From positions 21,085 through 85,084 of the forward strand of contig JBCLBO010000002.1 of NCBI GenBank assembly GCA_038916785.1: a stretch of 64,000 nucleotides of DNA, in the 5' to 3' direction. The DNA comes from Candidatus Hydrogenedentales bacterium (GTDB lineage Bacteria; Hydrogenedentota; Hydrogenedentia; Hydrogenedentales; GCA-2746185). Under the pieces are notes generated by a model, which saw nothing but the letters and a program-made list of their open reading frames with translations, was not told the origin of the DNA and searched no databases. The translations under genes were made by a program, and so were the position numbers. Below are positions 28,523-37,450 of this stretch, piece by piece. The first letter of the stretch is position 1; each line of letters begins with the position of its first letter.

Positions 28523-28912
28523 TCATGGGTTAAGGTAGAGCCTCTCGAAGTGGGGTGAAGGGCCGAAATTCATGAGTAGGGCAACGTGAATTCCTGTGGC
28601 TTTCAAGTAATTCCGGGTCTGCGAAAAATGTACCTTATCGAATTCCTTCACCGATTTTAGTTCAAGGATGACTTTGTCCTCGACCAAGATATCTGCTCGA
28701 AATTCGCCCACGATTTGGCCCTTAAACAATACCTTGATCGGTGCTTGTTGACTGACGTTCAGACCGGATTGCCTAAGTTCCAGCGCGAGTGCATTTTCGT
28801 ACACCGATTCCAAGAATCCATAGCCCAAGGCATTGTAAACGTCATAAAAGCACTTGATGATCCTGCCGGTCAGCTCTTCATGTTCTAACGCCGTGGACGT
28901 CTCATTCGCCAT
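28523..28912 (-). CDS. GxxExxY-family protein (PD-(D/E)XK-like)
   Basis: 129 aa with an exact GFLESVY (GxxExxY) motif and a downstream EFRADILVEDKVILELK core. It is clearly AT-richer than the flanking men genes. Confidence 0.8.
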   Translation of the reverse strand: MANETSTALEHEELTGRIIKCFYDVYNALGYGFLESVYENALALELRQSGLNVSQQAPIKVLFKGQIVGEFRADILVEDKVILELKSVKEFDKVHFSQTRNYLKATGIHVALLMNFGPSPHFERLYLNP

Positions 28913-28918
28913 GGGACT

Positions 28919-28946
28919 GATCCGTTCTATCCGTCTAATCCGTCGC
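28919..28946. repeat. Triple-ATCCGT arm, inverted partner of 28493-28520
   Basis: GATCCGTTCTATCCGTCTAATCCGTCGC. It shares the variant ending CCGTCGC with the reverse complement of 28493-28520. Confidence 0.75.
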
Positions 28947-28951
28947 CGATC

Positions 28952-29776
28952 TTACGGTAGTTTAGGGAACTTCCCGAAGTTCGGCTTGCGCTTCTCGTTG
29001 TACGCGTTCCGGCCCTCTTGTCCCTCCTGGCTCATGTAGAACAGCCGCGTCGCGTGCCCCGCGAGCTGCTGCAAACCCGCGGCGCCGTCCTCGTCGGCGT
29101 TCATCGCGGCCTTGATGCACGCCAGCGCGATCGGCGAGTGGCCCAGCATCTCGCGACACCAGTGTACGGTCTCTTCTTCGAGCCGCGCGAGCGGCACGAC
29201 GGTGTTGATGAGGCCCATGTCGAGCGCCTGCTGCGCGTCGTATTGACGGCAGAGGAACCAAATTTCGCGCGCCTTCTTCTGGCCGACGATCCGCGCCAGG
29301 TGCGCCGAGCCATAGCCCGCGTCGAAGCTGCCCACGCGCGGGCCCGTCTGTCCGAAGCGCGCGTTGTCCGCCGCGATCGTGAGGTCGCACACCAGGTGCA
29401 ACACATGCCCGCCGCCGATCGCGTAGCCGGCGACCATCGCGACGACCGGTTTCGGACACGCCCGAATCTCGCGCTGGAAATCGAGCACGTTCAGCCGCGG
29501 CGGCGCGTCCCCGTGCAGGTAGCCCGCGTCGCCGCGGACGCCCTGGTCCCCGCCCGAGCAGAAGGCCTCCGGTCCTTCGCCGCACAGGATGACCACGCCG
29601 ATGGTGGTGTCCATCCGCGCCTCGTCGAGCGCGCCGCGCATCTCGTCCACCGTCAGCGGCGTGAACGCGTTGCGCCGATGCGGACGGTTAATCGTGATCT
29701 TCGCGATGCCTTCCGCCTTGTGGTAGTGGATATCCTTGTACTTCTGGCCGCAATCGGCCCATTGGATCGAGGACAT
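28952..29776 (-). CDS. menB: 1,4-dihydroxy-2-naphthoyl-CoA synthase
   Basis: Crotonase-fold MenB hallmarks: [50 protein letters not shown], and the C-terminal ...[11 protein letters not shown]. Confidence 0.95.
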   Translation of the reverse strand: MSSIQWADCGQKYKDIHYHKAEGIAKITINRPHRRNAFTPLTVDEMRGALDEARMDTTIGVVILCGEGPEAFCSGGDQGVRGDAGYLHGDAPPRLNVLDFQREIRACPKPVVAMVAGYAIGGGHVLHLVCDLTIAADNARFGQTGPRVGSFDAGYGSAHLARIVGQKKAREIWFLCRQYDAQQALDMGLINTVVPLARLEEETVHWCREMLGHSPIALACIKAAMNADEDGAAGLQQLAGHATRLFYMSQEGQEGRNAYNEKRKPNFGKFPKLP

Positions 29777-30128
29777 GGGGAGGTCTCCTTCGGGGAATGC
29801 GAGATTAAAACACAGATGGACGGGGAAGGGCGAGGCGGCCGGTCGAAGAGATTACTTCGTCGCTACGCTCCTGTTAAGAAAACGAAACCGGCTCACGCGG
29901 AGAAGATAAGGCGCGGAGGGTTTTGGTGGCATGGGCTTCCAGCCCATGCGGGGCGCGCCTCAACCCTTGAAGCACGAGGATCGGTATCCGGCAGGAGGCG
30001 GAGATTCCGGCTCATTCTTCATCGGCTGGAAGCCGATGCCACCAAAGACCGGGTTCACTTTTTCTTGACTCCCGCGGTAGCCGGTGTGGAACTCGCTATG
30101 ATGTTCGCCGTCTTGAGCGAGCGCAGGA

Positions 30129-31766
30129 CTATTTTGTCGTTTTCTCAAACCACACCTTGTGATACGCGTAGTACGCCAGGATGTTGGGTTCGTAGCCGCG
30201 CACGTCGGGCTGGATGAGATATGGCCGGACGTAATGGAAGATGGGCAGGATCGGCACCTCGTCCATGAGGATGTGCTCGGCCTGGTCGTAGAGCGCGTAG
30301 CGCTTGGCCGTGTCATTCTGTTTGATCGCTTCCGCCAGCAGCCGGTCGTACTCCGCGTTGCCCCAGCCGGTGCGGTTGTTGCCGTTGCCCGTGATGAAGC
30401 ATTCGAGGAAATTCATCGGATCGACCACGTCGCCGATCCACCCCGCGCGCGCGAGGTCAAAGTCCATCTGTTCGTTCGAGGTCGAATTTAGATAGACCTT
30501 CCACTCCTCGTTGCGCAGCGTAATGTCGACTCCCAGGTTCGTCTTCCACATCTGCTGCACGGCTTCGGCGATGGTCTGGTGCCGCTCAGCCGTGTTGTAG
30601 AGGATGTCGAGCTTCGGGAAACCCTTGCCATCCGGGAAACCCGCTTCGGCAAGCAACTGCTTTGCCTTCGCCGGGTCGAAGGGCAGCTTTGCGGTCGAGG
30701 TATAGCCCGCGGTGCCCGGCGGCGTCAGGAAATACGCCGGCTTCTCGCCCGCGGTCATAATCTTCGAGCAGATCGTCTCGCGGTCGATCGCCATCGCGAG
30801 CGCCTGGCGCACGCGTTTGTCGTTCAGCGGCGGGCGTTTCGTGTTCACGCGGTAGAAGTACGCGCCAATCCAATCGTCGGTGCGCAGCAGCTCCGGGTGG
30901 TTCTTTCGGTAGTCCGGCACCTTTGCCGGCGACAGGTTTTCGGTTACGTCGAGTTCGCCCGCGCGGAACATCCGCTCCTCGGTCTGCTCTTCGTTCACGG
31001 GATGAAAATCCACGCCGGAATTCTTCACGCCCGCCGCGTCCCAGTAATTCGGGTTCGGCCGCACCTCGATGACGGAGTTCGGCGCCCAGCGCGTGAGGAG
31101 GTAGGGCCCATTGCCGACGAGGTTGCCCGGCCGCGTCCACTTCGAGCCGCGATCATCCATCGGCCCGGAGGCCTCGATGGATTTCTGGTGCACGGGGAAC
31201 CACGTGTAGTGGCACTGGAGCGAATAGAAGTAGGGCGTCGGATTTTCCAGCGTCACCTGGACGGTGTAGTCGTCAGGGAATTCGCAGCCCACCTGCGCAA
31301 AGTCGGTGATCGTGCCGTCGTTATATGCCTTCGCGTTTTTCATTGGGAAGAGCATGTACGCGTATTCGGCCGCCAGCGAGGGCGTCAGGCAGCGCCGCCA
31401 CGCATACGCGAAGTCCTTCGAGGTCAGCGGATCGCCGTTGCTCCACTTGCCGCCCTTGCGCAGGTGGAAGGTGTAGACCAGTCCGTCCGCCGAGACCTCC
31501 CACGTCTCCGCCACGCCGGGAGTCGGCTCCAGCGTCTTCGGGTCCATCCGCACCAGCCCCTCGAAGAGCGTCAGCAGGATGTGGTGCTCCGGCACGCCGG
31601 TCACCACATGCGGGTCCAGCCCCTCCGGCTCCGCGCCATTCCCCACGCGCAGGATGTCGCCGCCCGGCACGCTGCGATCCGGGCCGGCGCTTCCACCGCC
31701 GCGTTGGCCGCTGCAGCCACAAAAAACAATCGCGCAGGTTGTAGCAACTAGCGTCAGCGAAGTCAT
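30129..31766 (-). CDS. ABC-transporter substrate-binding lipoprotein, peptide/nickel (family 5, OppA/DppA-like)
   Basis: Start chosen at MTSLTLVATTCAIVFCGCSG (lipobox). Family-5 SBP pattern: ...TFHLRKGGKWSNGDPLTSKDF..., NPNYWD. No permease or ATPase genes are adjacent. Confidence 0.85.
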   Translation of the reverse strand: MTSLTLVATTCAIVFCGCSGQRGGGSAGPDRSVPGGDILRVGNGAEPEGLDPHVVTGVPEHHILLTLFEGLVRMDPKTLEPTPGVAETWEVSADGLVYTFHLRKGGKWSNGDPLTSKDFAYAWRRCLTPSLAAEYAYMLFPMKNAKAYNDGTITDFAQVGCEFPDDYTVQVTLENPTPYFYSLQCHYTWFPVHQKSIEASGPMDDRGSKWTRPGNLVGNGPYLLTRWAPNSVIEVRPNPNYWDAAGVKNSGVDFHPVNEEQTEERMFRAGELDVTENLSPAKVPDYRKNHPELLRTDDWIGAYFYRVNTKRPPLNDKRVRQALAMAIDRETICSKIMTAGEKPAYFLTPPGTAGYTSTAKLPFDPAKAKQLLAEAGFPDGKGFPKLDILYNTAERHQTIAEAVQQMWKTNLGVDITLRNEEWKVYLNSTSNEQMDFDLARAGWIGDVVDPMNFLECFITGNGNNRTGWGNAEYDRLLAEAIKQNDTAKRYALYDQAEHILMDEVPILPIFHYVRPYLIQPDVRGYEPNILAYYAYHKVWFEKTTK

Positions 31767-32020
31767 GGCCCGATCATACACGTTCGTTCCTCCAACGGAT
31801 TTGAAACAGTATAGGTGGAGCCGCGTAGAAGTGCGATCCAAATGAAAACTGAAGGAAGTCGGGTGAACGTAGTAGCGTTTGTTAACAGTTTTGCTCGAAG
31901 CCCCCCGCACAAGCGTACGGATTGACATACAGGGCACAGTAATGTACAGTTAGATCGCGGTTGAGAGGGCCTCCTAACGGTTCGCTGGACGCAAGTCCAC
32001 TCGGCTGCATTGAATTCCCC

Positions 32021-32827
32021 ATGTACCTGCTCTATCTCGACGACGCAGGATCCGCCCCCAATCCCAACGAGGCATACTTCGTTTTGGGTGGCATCGCGGT
32101 TTATGAAACGCAAACCGATTGGTTTGCGCGCGAGATGGATCGACGTGCTTCAGACGTCAATAGCTCGAACCCCCAAAGCATCGAGTTCCACGCTTCCGAG
32201 ATTTACTCCGGGCGAGACGCGCCTTGGGACGCCATGTCGAAGGAAGATCGACGCGGTGTAATAAAATCCGTCCTCCGTGTAGTAAATGAATCTTACGAAA
32301 CCGCACGAACATTCGCTTGCGCTGTTCATAAGACATCGTACCCTGGACGAGATCCGGTCGAGATGGCTTTTGAAGACATTTGTAGTCGATTTGATCGTTT
32401 TCTGAGTCGTGTGCGAAACGAAGGCCACCGCGAACGCGGAATCATAATCTTTGACGAGAGCACGCACGAGACAGCGATTCAGCAAATGGCCAGAGACTTT
32501 CGTGCGCTGGGCACGCGATGGGGCAGCATTCGAAATCTCGCCGAAACACCGCTGTTCGTAGATTCTAGGGCGTCTCGCTTAGTGCAGGTCGCCGATCATA
32601 TCGCGTATGCGGTTTTTCGTCGATACAATGCCTCAGACACTCAGTATTTTGACATTTTCGCCCAACGTTTCGACGCGATGAACGGAGTTATACATGGTCT
32701 CGCGCACAAGCAGTTGGTCGATCCGAATTGCTTGTGCCCGGCGTGTTTGTCACGGCGGTTGGGACAGCCACGAGAGAACGACGATCAGCAATCTCTAAAC
32801 ATCCCCGACGGTCCCGCCGGCACATAG
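32021..32827 (+). CDS. DUF3800-family protein
   Basis: Start chosen at MYLLYLDDAGS (the YxDESG-like N-terminus of DUF3800). A C-terminal LVQVADHIAYAV motif is present. The gene is an AT-richer single-gene insert. Confidence 0.6.
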   Translation: MYLLYLDDAGSAPNPNEAYFVLGGIAVYETQTDWFAREMDRRASDVNSSNPQSIEFHASEIYSGRDAPWDAMSKEDRRGVIKSVLRVVNESYETARTFACAVHKTSYPGRDPVEMAFEDICSRFDRFLSRVRNEGHRERGIIIFDESTHETAIQQMARDFRALGTRWGSIRNLAETPLFVDSRASRLVQVADHIAYAVFRRYNASDTQYFDIFAQRFDAMNGVIHGLAHKQLVDPNCLCPACLSRRLGQPRENDDQQSLNIPDGPAGT

Positions 32828-33013
32828 AAGTACACACCATCGACTGGCGGATTGACTCGCCCCTCCGCCGTTTGGTAAGCTCCCCGAGTTACGTGTTAAA
32901 CGACCCGCGCGTCGTAGACCGCCGGCGGCCCCCAGTTTGGGGCCTTAAAAATCGCCTGCAGAGACAGCGGCCATAGGGTGCCTTGTGCGCCCGATGAAGG
33001 GTGATTCTCTTGC

Positions 33014-33051
33014 CCGCGCCGGCTCTGCCCCGGCGCGGCATTTTTGTTTTT
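33014..33051 (+). terminator. Hairpin plus T-tract upstream of rplJ (terminator or L10-leader attenuator)
   Basis: CCGCGCCGG (33014-22) pairs with CCGGCGCGG (33030-38), followed by CATTTTTGTTTTTGG. It lies 44 nt upstream of the rplJ ATG. Confidence 0.5.
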
Positions 33052-33094
33052 GGCGCGCGCGATTTATCGAATCCCAGCGAGAGGAGGTGTACAG

Positions 33095-33625
33095 ATGGCA
33101 CGACCGGAAAAAGAAGCGTCCGTGGAGGAAATGAAGGAACGCCTCAAGGATTGCTCGATCGCGATTGCCAGCCAATACCAGGGCATCACGGTGGAAGAGG
33201 TGACGCGGCTTCGCTCGAAGATGCGCTCGGAGAACGTGAAGTTCAAGGTGTACAAGAACACGCTCGCGACGCGCGCACTCAAGGAACTAGACCTCGAAGC
33301 GGCCGTCAAGTTTATGGATGGCCCGACGATCTGGGCCTTCAGCAAGGACCCCGCCGCGCCCGCGCGCATTCTCAAGGAATTCGGCAAGACGGTCGAGAAG
33401 GTCAAGATGCAGGGCGGCATTCTCGACAGCAAGCTCGTCGACGCCAAGATGCTCGATGCCTTGGCCGATTTGCCCTCGCGCCACGCGTTGCTCGGTCAGT
33501 TGGTCGGAGTGTTGGCCGCCCCGCTGCAAAACTTCGTGGGTGTCATGTCGGCGGTGCCGAGGAACCTGCTCGGAGTGCTCGAAGCAATCAAGGCGAAGAA
33601 AGAAGAAGACGGCGCCGCGGCCTGA
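33095..33625 (+). CDS. rplJ: 50S ribosomal protein L10
   Basis: Start at MARPEKEASVEEMKERL after SD GAGAGGAGG. Typical L10 sequence: YQGITVEEVTRLRSKMR...KFKVYKNTL. Confidence 0.95.
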   Translation: MARPEKEASVEEMKERLKDCSIAIASQYQGITVEEVTRLRSKMRSENVKFKVYKNTLATRALKELDLEAAVKFMDGPTIWAFSKDPAAPARILKEFGKTVEKVKMQGGILDSKLVDAKMLDALADLPSRHALLGQLVGVLAAPLQNFVGVMSAVPRNLLGVLEAIKAKKEEDGAAA

Positions 33626-33691
33626 GTTCCGCGCGTTTCACATACAGTACGAAGACCCATTCGGCCGCACTGCGGTCACAGGAGACAGGCA

Positions 33692-34084
33692 ATGGCAGCG
33701 AATATTCAAGCGACCTTGGACACAATCGCCGGCTGGACCGTGCTCGAATTGAGCGAGTTCATCAAGGCGGCGGAAGAGAAGTTTGGCGTGAAGGCGGCGG
33801 CCCCGATGATGATGGGCGCGATGCCGGCGGGCGGCGGCGGCGCGGCGGAAGCGGCGGCCGAGCCGACCGAGTTCGACGTGATCCTGAAGGAAGCGGGCCC
33901 GCAGAAGATTGCCGCGATCAAGGAAGTGCGCGCGGTGACGGGCCTGGGCCTCAAGGAAGCCAAGGACCTGGTCGACGGCGCGCCCAAGGCGCTGAAGACC
34001 GGCGTGTCCAAGGCGGAGGCCGAAGAAATCAAGAAGAAGGTCGAGGCCTCCGGCGCGACGGTCGAGATCAAGCCCGTGGGCTGA
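33692..34084 (+). CDS. rplL: 50S ribosomal protein L7/L12
   Basis: An Ala/Gly hinge, then [40 protein letters not shown]...[17 protein letters not shown]. Confidence 0.95.
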   Translation: MAANIQATLDTIAGWTVLELSEFIKAAEEKFGVKAAAPMMMGAMPAGGGGAAEAAAEPTEFDVILKEAGPQKIAAIKEVRAVTGLGLKEAKDLVDGAPKALKTGVSKAEAEEIKKKVEASGATVEIKPVG

Positions 34085-34107
34085 GTTCCGCACACAGGGA
34101 ATTCCAG

Positions 34108-34141
34108 CCGCGGCGGGGCTTCGATCCCGCCGCGGTTTTTT
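34108..34141 (+). terminator. Rho-independent terminator after rplL
   Basis: Perfect 10-bp stem CCGCGGCGGG/CCCGCCGCGG with an 8-nt loop, then TTTTTT. Confidence 0.8.
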
Positions 34142-34163
34142 CCATTTGGCGTCCAGGGAGCAA

Positions 34164-34192
34164 TTGAGTATGCTAGCACTTTATGGTATCAT
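34164..34192 (+). promoter_or_regulatory. Putative sigma-70 promoter of hicAB
   Basis: TTGAGT (34164-69), a 17-nt spacer, then TATCAT (34187-92). The hicA GTG lies at 34199, implying a leaderless or near-leaderless mRNA. Confidence 0.35.
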
Positions 34193-34198
34193 TTCGAC

Positions 34199-34471
34199 GT
34201 GAACAGTCGGCATCGGAAAACGCTCGAATTGGTTTTTCAAGAGCCGGCGCCGGCAAATCTTCATTGGGACGACGCAGCGACCATGCTGCAAGCGTTGGGT
34301 GCGACATTGACCAATCGAGGCGGCTCCATGGTCGCTGTTAAACTGGACGATGCACGAGTACTCTTTCATCGTCCGCACCCCGGCGGTGAAATGGGACGGG
34401 GACTAGTGCGTCACCTTCGATCTTTTTTGGAAGGCGCGGGAATTCATCCGGCCCCCGAACAAGGAGAGTGA
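34199..34471 (+). CDS. hicA: HicA-family toxin (type II TA)
   Basis: MNSRHRKTLELVF...W.D...ML.ALGA....GGSMVAV......FHRPHP resembles the long HicA/YcfA-like form. It is followed 3 nt later by hicB. Confidence 0.75.
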   Translation: MNSRHRKTLELVFQEPAPANLHWDDAATMLQALGATLTNRGGSMVAVKLDDARVLFHRPHPGGEMGRGLVRHLRSFLEGAGIHPAPEQGE

Positions 34472-34474
34472 GCG

Positions 34475-34834
34475 ATGTCTACTATGGAATATAGGGGTTA
34501 CGTGGCTCGCATCGAGTACGACGACTCGGTGAACGAGTTTGTCGGGTCGACGGTGAACATGAGAGACATGCTGGTCTTCACCGGCAATACGGTCGACGGG
34601 CTCAACAAAGCGTTTCACGAGGTCGTGGATGAGTACCTGAAGTGGTGCGCGGAAGATGGGGTGGAACCGAATAAGCCTTATCAAGGCAAGCTTAGTTTGA
34701 GAATCGAACCCGCACTGCACCGTGAGGTAGACATTGCCGCGTCGAGCAGAGGGGTGAGTATCAACGCCTTTATCGAAAGCGCGATCTCGGACGCGCTTGC
34801 GCGCAATCACGTTCACACTTCGGACCGCCAGTAG
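34475..34834 (+). CDS. hicB: HicB-family antitoxin
   Basis: YRGYVARIEYDDSVNEFVG...VFTGNTVDGLNKAFHEVVDEYL (HicB N-domain) plus a C-terminal RHH-like segment KLSLRIEPALHREVDIAASSRGVSINAFIESAI. Confidence 0.8.
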   Translation: MSTMEYRGYVARIEYDDSVNEFVGSTVNMRDMLVFTGNTVDGLNKAFHEVVDEYLKWCAEDGVEPNKPYQGKLSLRIEPALHREVDIAASSRGVSINAFIESAISDALARNHVHTSDRQ

Positions 34835-34897
34835 GGGAACGGGCACCACGGACCCTGTGTTATCATTTGCCGATCGTTATTCGGGGAGGCCGCCGGA

Positions 34898-35515
34898 GTG
34901 GAAATTCTCTCGTTCGTCATGACGCCATTTTCGGAAAACTGCTACGTTATTTTGGATGGCGGCGAGGCGATGGTGATCGATCCCGGAGAGCCCGCCGAGG
35001 AATTGTTTGAGGCGCTCAAGGGCCACAAAGTCACTACACTGGTCAATACCCACGCCCACATCGACCACGTCGGCGGCAACGCCGCCGTGAAAGAGCGCAC
35101 AGGCGCGGAGTTCGTCTGCCACGCGCACGCGGCGGCCATGCTGCCGTCCGTCCCCGCGCAGGGGCGCATGTTCGGCGTGTCTGTGACGCCGTCGCCTGCG
35201 CCGGATCGCCTGATTGCCGAGGGCGACACGCTCAAGGTCGGGGCGGTCGAGCTGAAGATTGTGGACGTGCCGGGCCACGCGCCGGGGCACATCGCGCTGG
35301 TGGGTGAAGGTTTCGTGATCAGCGGCGACGTGCTGTTCGCCGGCTCGATTGGCCGCACCGACATTCCCGGCGGCGATTTCGAGCAACTCATGGACTCCAT
35401 CCGCACGCGGCTGCTCGTTCTTCCCGATGACACCGTGGTGCTCAGCGGCCACGGCCCAGCGACGACCATCGGCGCCGAGCGAAACACGAATCCGTTTATT
35501 CTGTCGACGCACTAG
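34898..35515 (+). CDS. MBL-fold hydrolase (hydroxyacylglutathione-hydrolase-like)
   Basis: NTHAHIDHVGG (HxHxDH) and VPGHAPGH, with GDVLFAGSIGRTD. GTG start. Confidence 0.85.
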   Translation: MEILSFVMTPFSENCYVILDGGEAMVIDPGEPAEELFEALKGHKVTTLVNTHAHIDHVGGNAAVKERTGAEFVCHAHAAAMLPSVPAQGRMFGVSVTPSPAPDRLIAEGDTLKVGAVELKIVDVPGHAPGHIALVGEGFVISGDVLFAGSIGRTDIPGGDFEQLMDSIRTRLLVLPDDTVVLSGHGPATTIGAERNTNPFILSTH

Positions 35516-35521
35516 CGCCGC

Positions 35522-37450
35522 ATGTTTGCGCTGGCCATTTACACGCTCGCGTTCACGCTGGGGCAGACCGTCGAAGTGCGCCTGGCGCCCGACCAGCCTG
35601 CGCCGCTCTTTTTCATCGACGAGCCGCTCGTGGTCCAGGTGCGCGCCGACGCGGCGACCTCTGTCGCGCTGGACATCGAAGTCGATCTGCCGGACGGGCG
35701 CCGCGCCACATGGAAGCCGGGGCCGCTGGCGCTCTCGCCGGGCCGTGCGCAGTGGCTCACGATGGATGGCCTGCCCGCGCTGCGCGGCCCGCACGTGTTT
35801 CACATCCACACCGCGCCGGACGCCGATCCCGTGGAGCGCACGCTCGCACGCATCGATCGGCCCGCGCCGGGAGGAGAGGCGTCGATCGTACTCGCGATCG
35901 CGTCGCCCTCGCCCGCGGCCCGCTACGCCGCGCAATGTATCGGCGCGGGCATCCAGTTTCCGCTCGAATGGCCGGCACTCGACGCGGAAGTCACCGCGTT
36001 CGCGCATCCGGATCGCGGCCCAATTTATGTTCAGATCACTGCATCCGGAGGCCGGCATCCGCGTAGCGTCGCGGCGACCGTCGCGGCGCTGGCTGGGCGC
36101 GTGGATATTTGGACGGTGAAGGGCGCGATCAGCCCGCGCGAATCGATCCGCGAAAGCACCGCCGCCCAGGGCGCCGATCCCGGCGCCGCATGGGCCCCAC
36201 GCGTCGCTGAGGCGCGCGAGGTGGCCGGGTTGGTCGAGCGTGGCGGCGCGCGCATTCCAGACGCCCTCATCGCCGCGCCGGAGGCCGCAGCAGCGATCGC
36301 CGGCGCAGCGGCGCGCGCCGGGTTCGAGCGGATGCCGCTCATTCTCGATCTGGCGGATGACCCCACCTCGGTCTCGCTGCCGGGATTGCTCACTCGTCTG
36401 ATGACCGGGGGACTCGGCCCTGGCCGTGTGGCATTGGTTCCCCAGGGTCTACTCGAGACACCGGAGGGGTTTTCCGGTGCGCTGGCGGTGCTCGCGGCCA
36501 CGCGCCGGCAGCTTGCCGATGCCCAGAGTCTCGGCGTGTTCGCCGGCGCCGGAGAAAACACCGTGTGGATCCTGCGGCTCGGTCCTTCAGCCGCGCCGGA
36601 CACCTGGGCGCTGGTCGCCGCAGTGCCCGATCCAACCGCGACCCTGCCCGCGATCCTGCCGGGCGACGGCGCGGAGTGGGACGTGCTCGATGCCTACGGC
36701 AATTCGCTGGGCGACTTTGGCCGACCCGGCGGCCGCGTCGCGTTTCCCGCCGGTGCCGGCGCGTGGTACGCGCGCGGACACGGCGGCACCCTGCTGAGGG
36801 AAGCGCTCGCGGCGCGGGTGCGTGCGCTGGCCAGCGCCGCAATGAGCTATGAAGGCGAGCTGGCCACCGCGGCCTCGGAGACGGCCGGCGCGCTCGAGGT
36901 GCTCGCGCGCTACGAGTTGCCCGCGCCCTCCCGCCTGCAATTCTTCGCGTTGCTCCGGGCGCTACCGGCAATCGAGGAGAGCTGGCGGCGCGGCCTTCTG
37001 GAGACGCGCGACGCGATTCCCATGACGCGCGATCTCGCGGCGATCGCCGAGGCGCTGGCCATTCTCGAACAGGAACTCGACGAATCCCTGCTCGAGCCGC
37101 TGGACAACACCCTCGACACTTGCGCTGAGTGGATCGCACGGTATCCGAGCGCCTCTGGGGACGATCCGCGGGATGCCAATCGGATAGCATTTCTACGCGG
37201 CGAGGTCCTTCGCCTGGCGGACCGCGCGCGGGCCTGGGCATCGGCCGGGCGGATGACGGAGGCAAAATCCGTCGCGGCGATTGCCGAGTGGCGCGCGCGG
37301 AGTCTGGAGGCCGCGGCGACGATTCCCTGGCCGGAAAATGCGGAAGACTCCGCGATTGACGAACCGGCGGCGCCGGATGAATCGAGCGAGGACGGGCAAT
37401 CGCCAGACGCGGAACCGGAATTGGAAACGGAAGCGGAGGTGGACGAATGA
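35522..37450 (+). CDS. Hypothetical 642-aa protein with acidic C-terminal tail
   Basis: Longest ORF with a protein-like composition in this stretch. It starts 7 nt after the MBL-gene stop, and its stop overlaps the pfkA ATG (ATGA). I recognise no motifs. Confidence 0.55.
   Translation: MFALAIYTLAFTLGQTVEVRLAPDQPAPLFFIDEPLVVQVRADAATSVALDIEVDLPDGRRATWKPGPLALSPGRAQWLTMDGLPALRGPHVFHIHTAPDADPVERTLARIDRPAPGGEASIVLAIASPSPAARYAAQCIGAGIQFPLEWPALDAEVTAFAHPDRGPIYVQITASGGRHPRSVAATVAALAGRVDIWTVKGAISPRESIRESTAAQGADPGAAWAPRVAEAREVAGLVERGGARIPDALIAAPEAAAAIAGAAARAGFERMPLILDLADDPTSVSLPGLLTRLMTGGLGPGRVALVPQGLLETPEGFSGALAVLAATRRQLADAQSLGVFAGAGENTVWILRLGPSAAPDTWALVAAVPDPTATLPAILPGDGAEWDVLDAYGNSLGDFGRPGGRVAFPAGAGAWYARGHGGTLLREALAARVRALASAAMSYEGELATAASETAGALEVLARYELPAPSRLQFFALLRALPAIEESWRRGLLETRDAIPMTRDLAAIAEALAILEQELDESLLEPLDNTLDTCAEWIARYPSASGDDPRDANRIAFLRGEVLRLADRARAWASAGRMTEAKSVAAIAEWRARSLEAAATIPWPENAEDSAIDEPAAPDESSEDGQSPDAEPELETEAEVDE

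Noticed and set aside
34877-36058. 393-aa minus-strand ORF. Similar cases are 36390-37505 and 36910-37563.
   Set aside because: It is antisense to the MBL hydrolase (which has a clear HxHxDH motif) and to the downstream sense ORF. It is Arg-rich and low-complexity.
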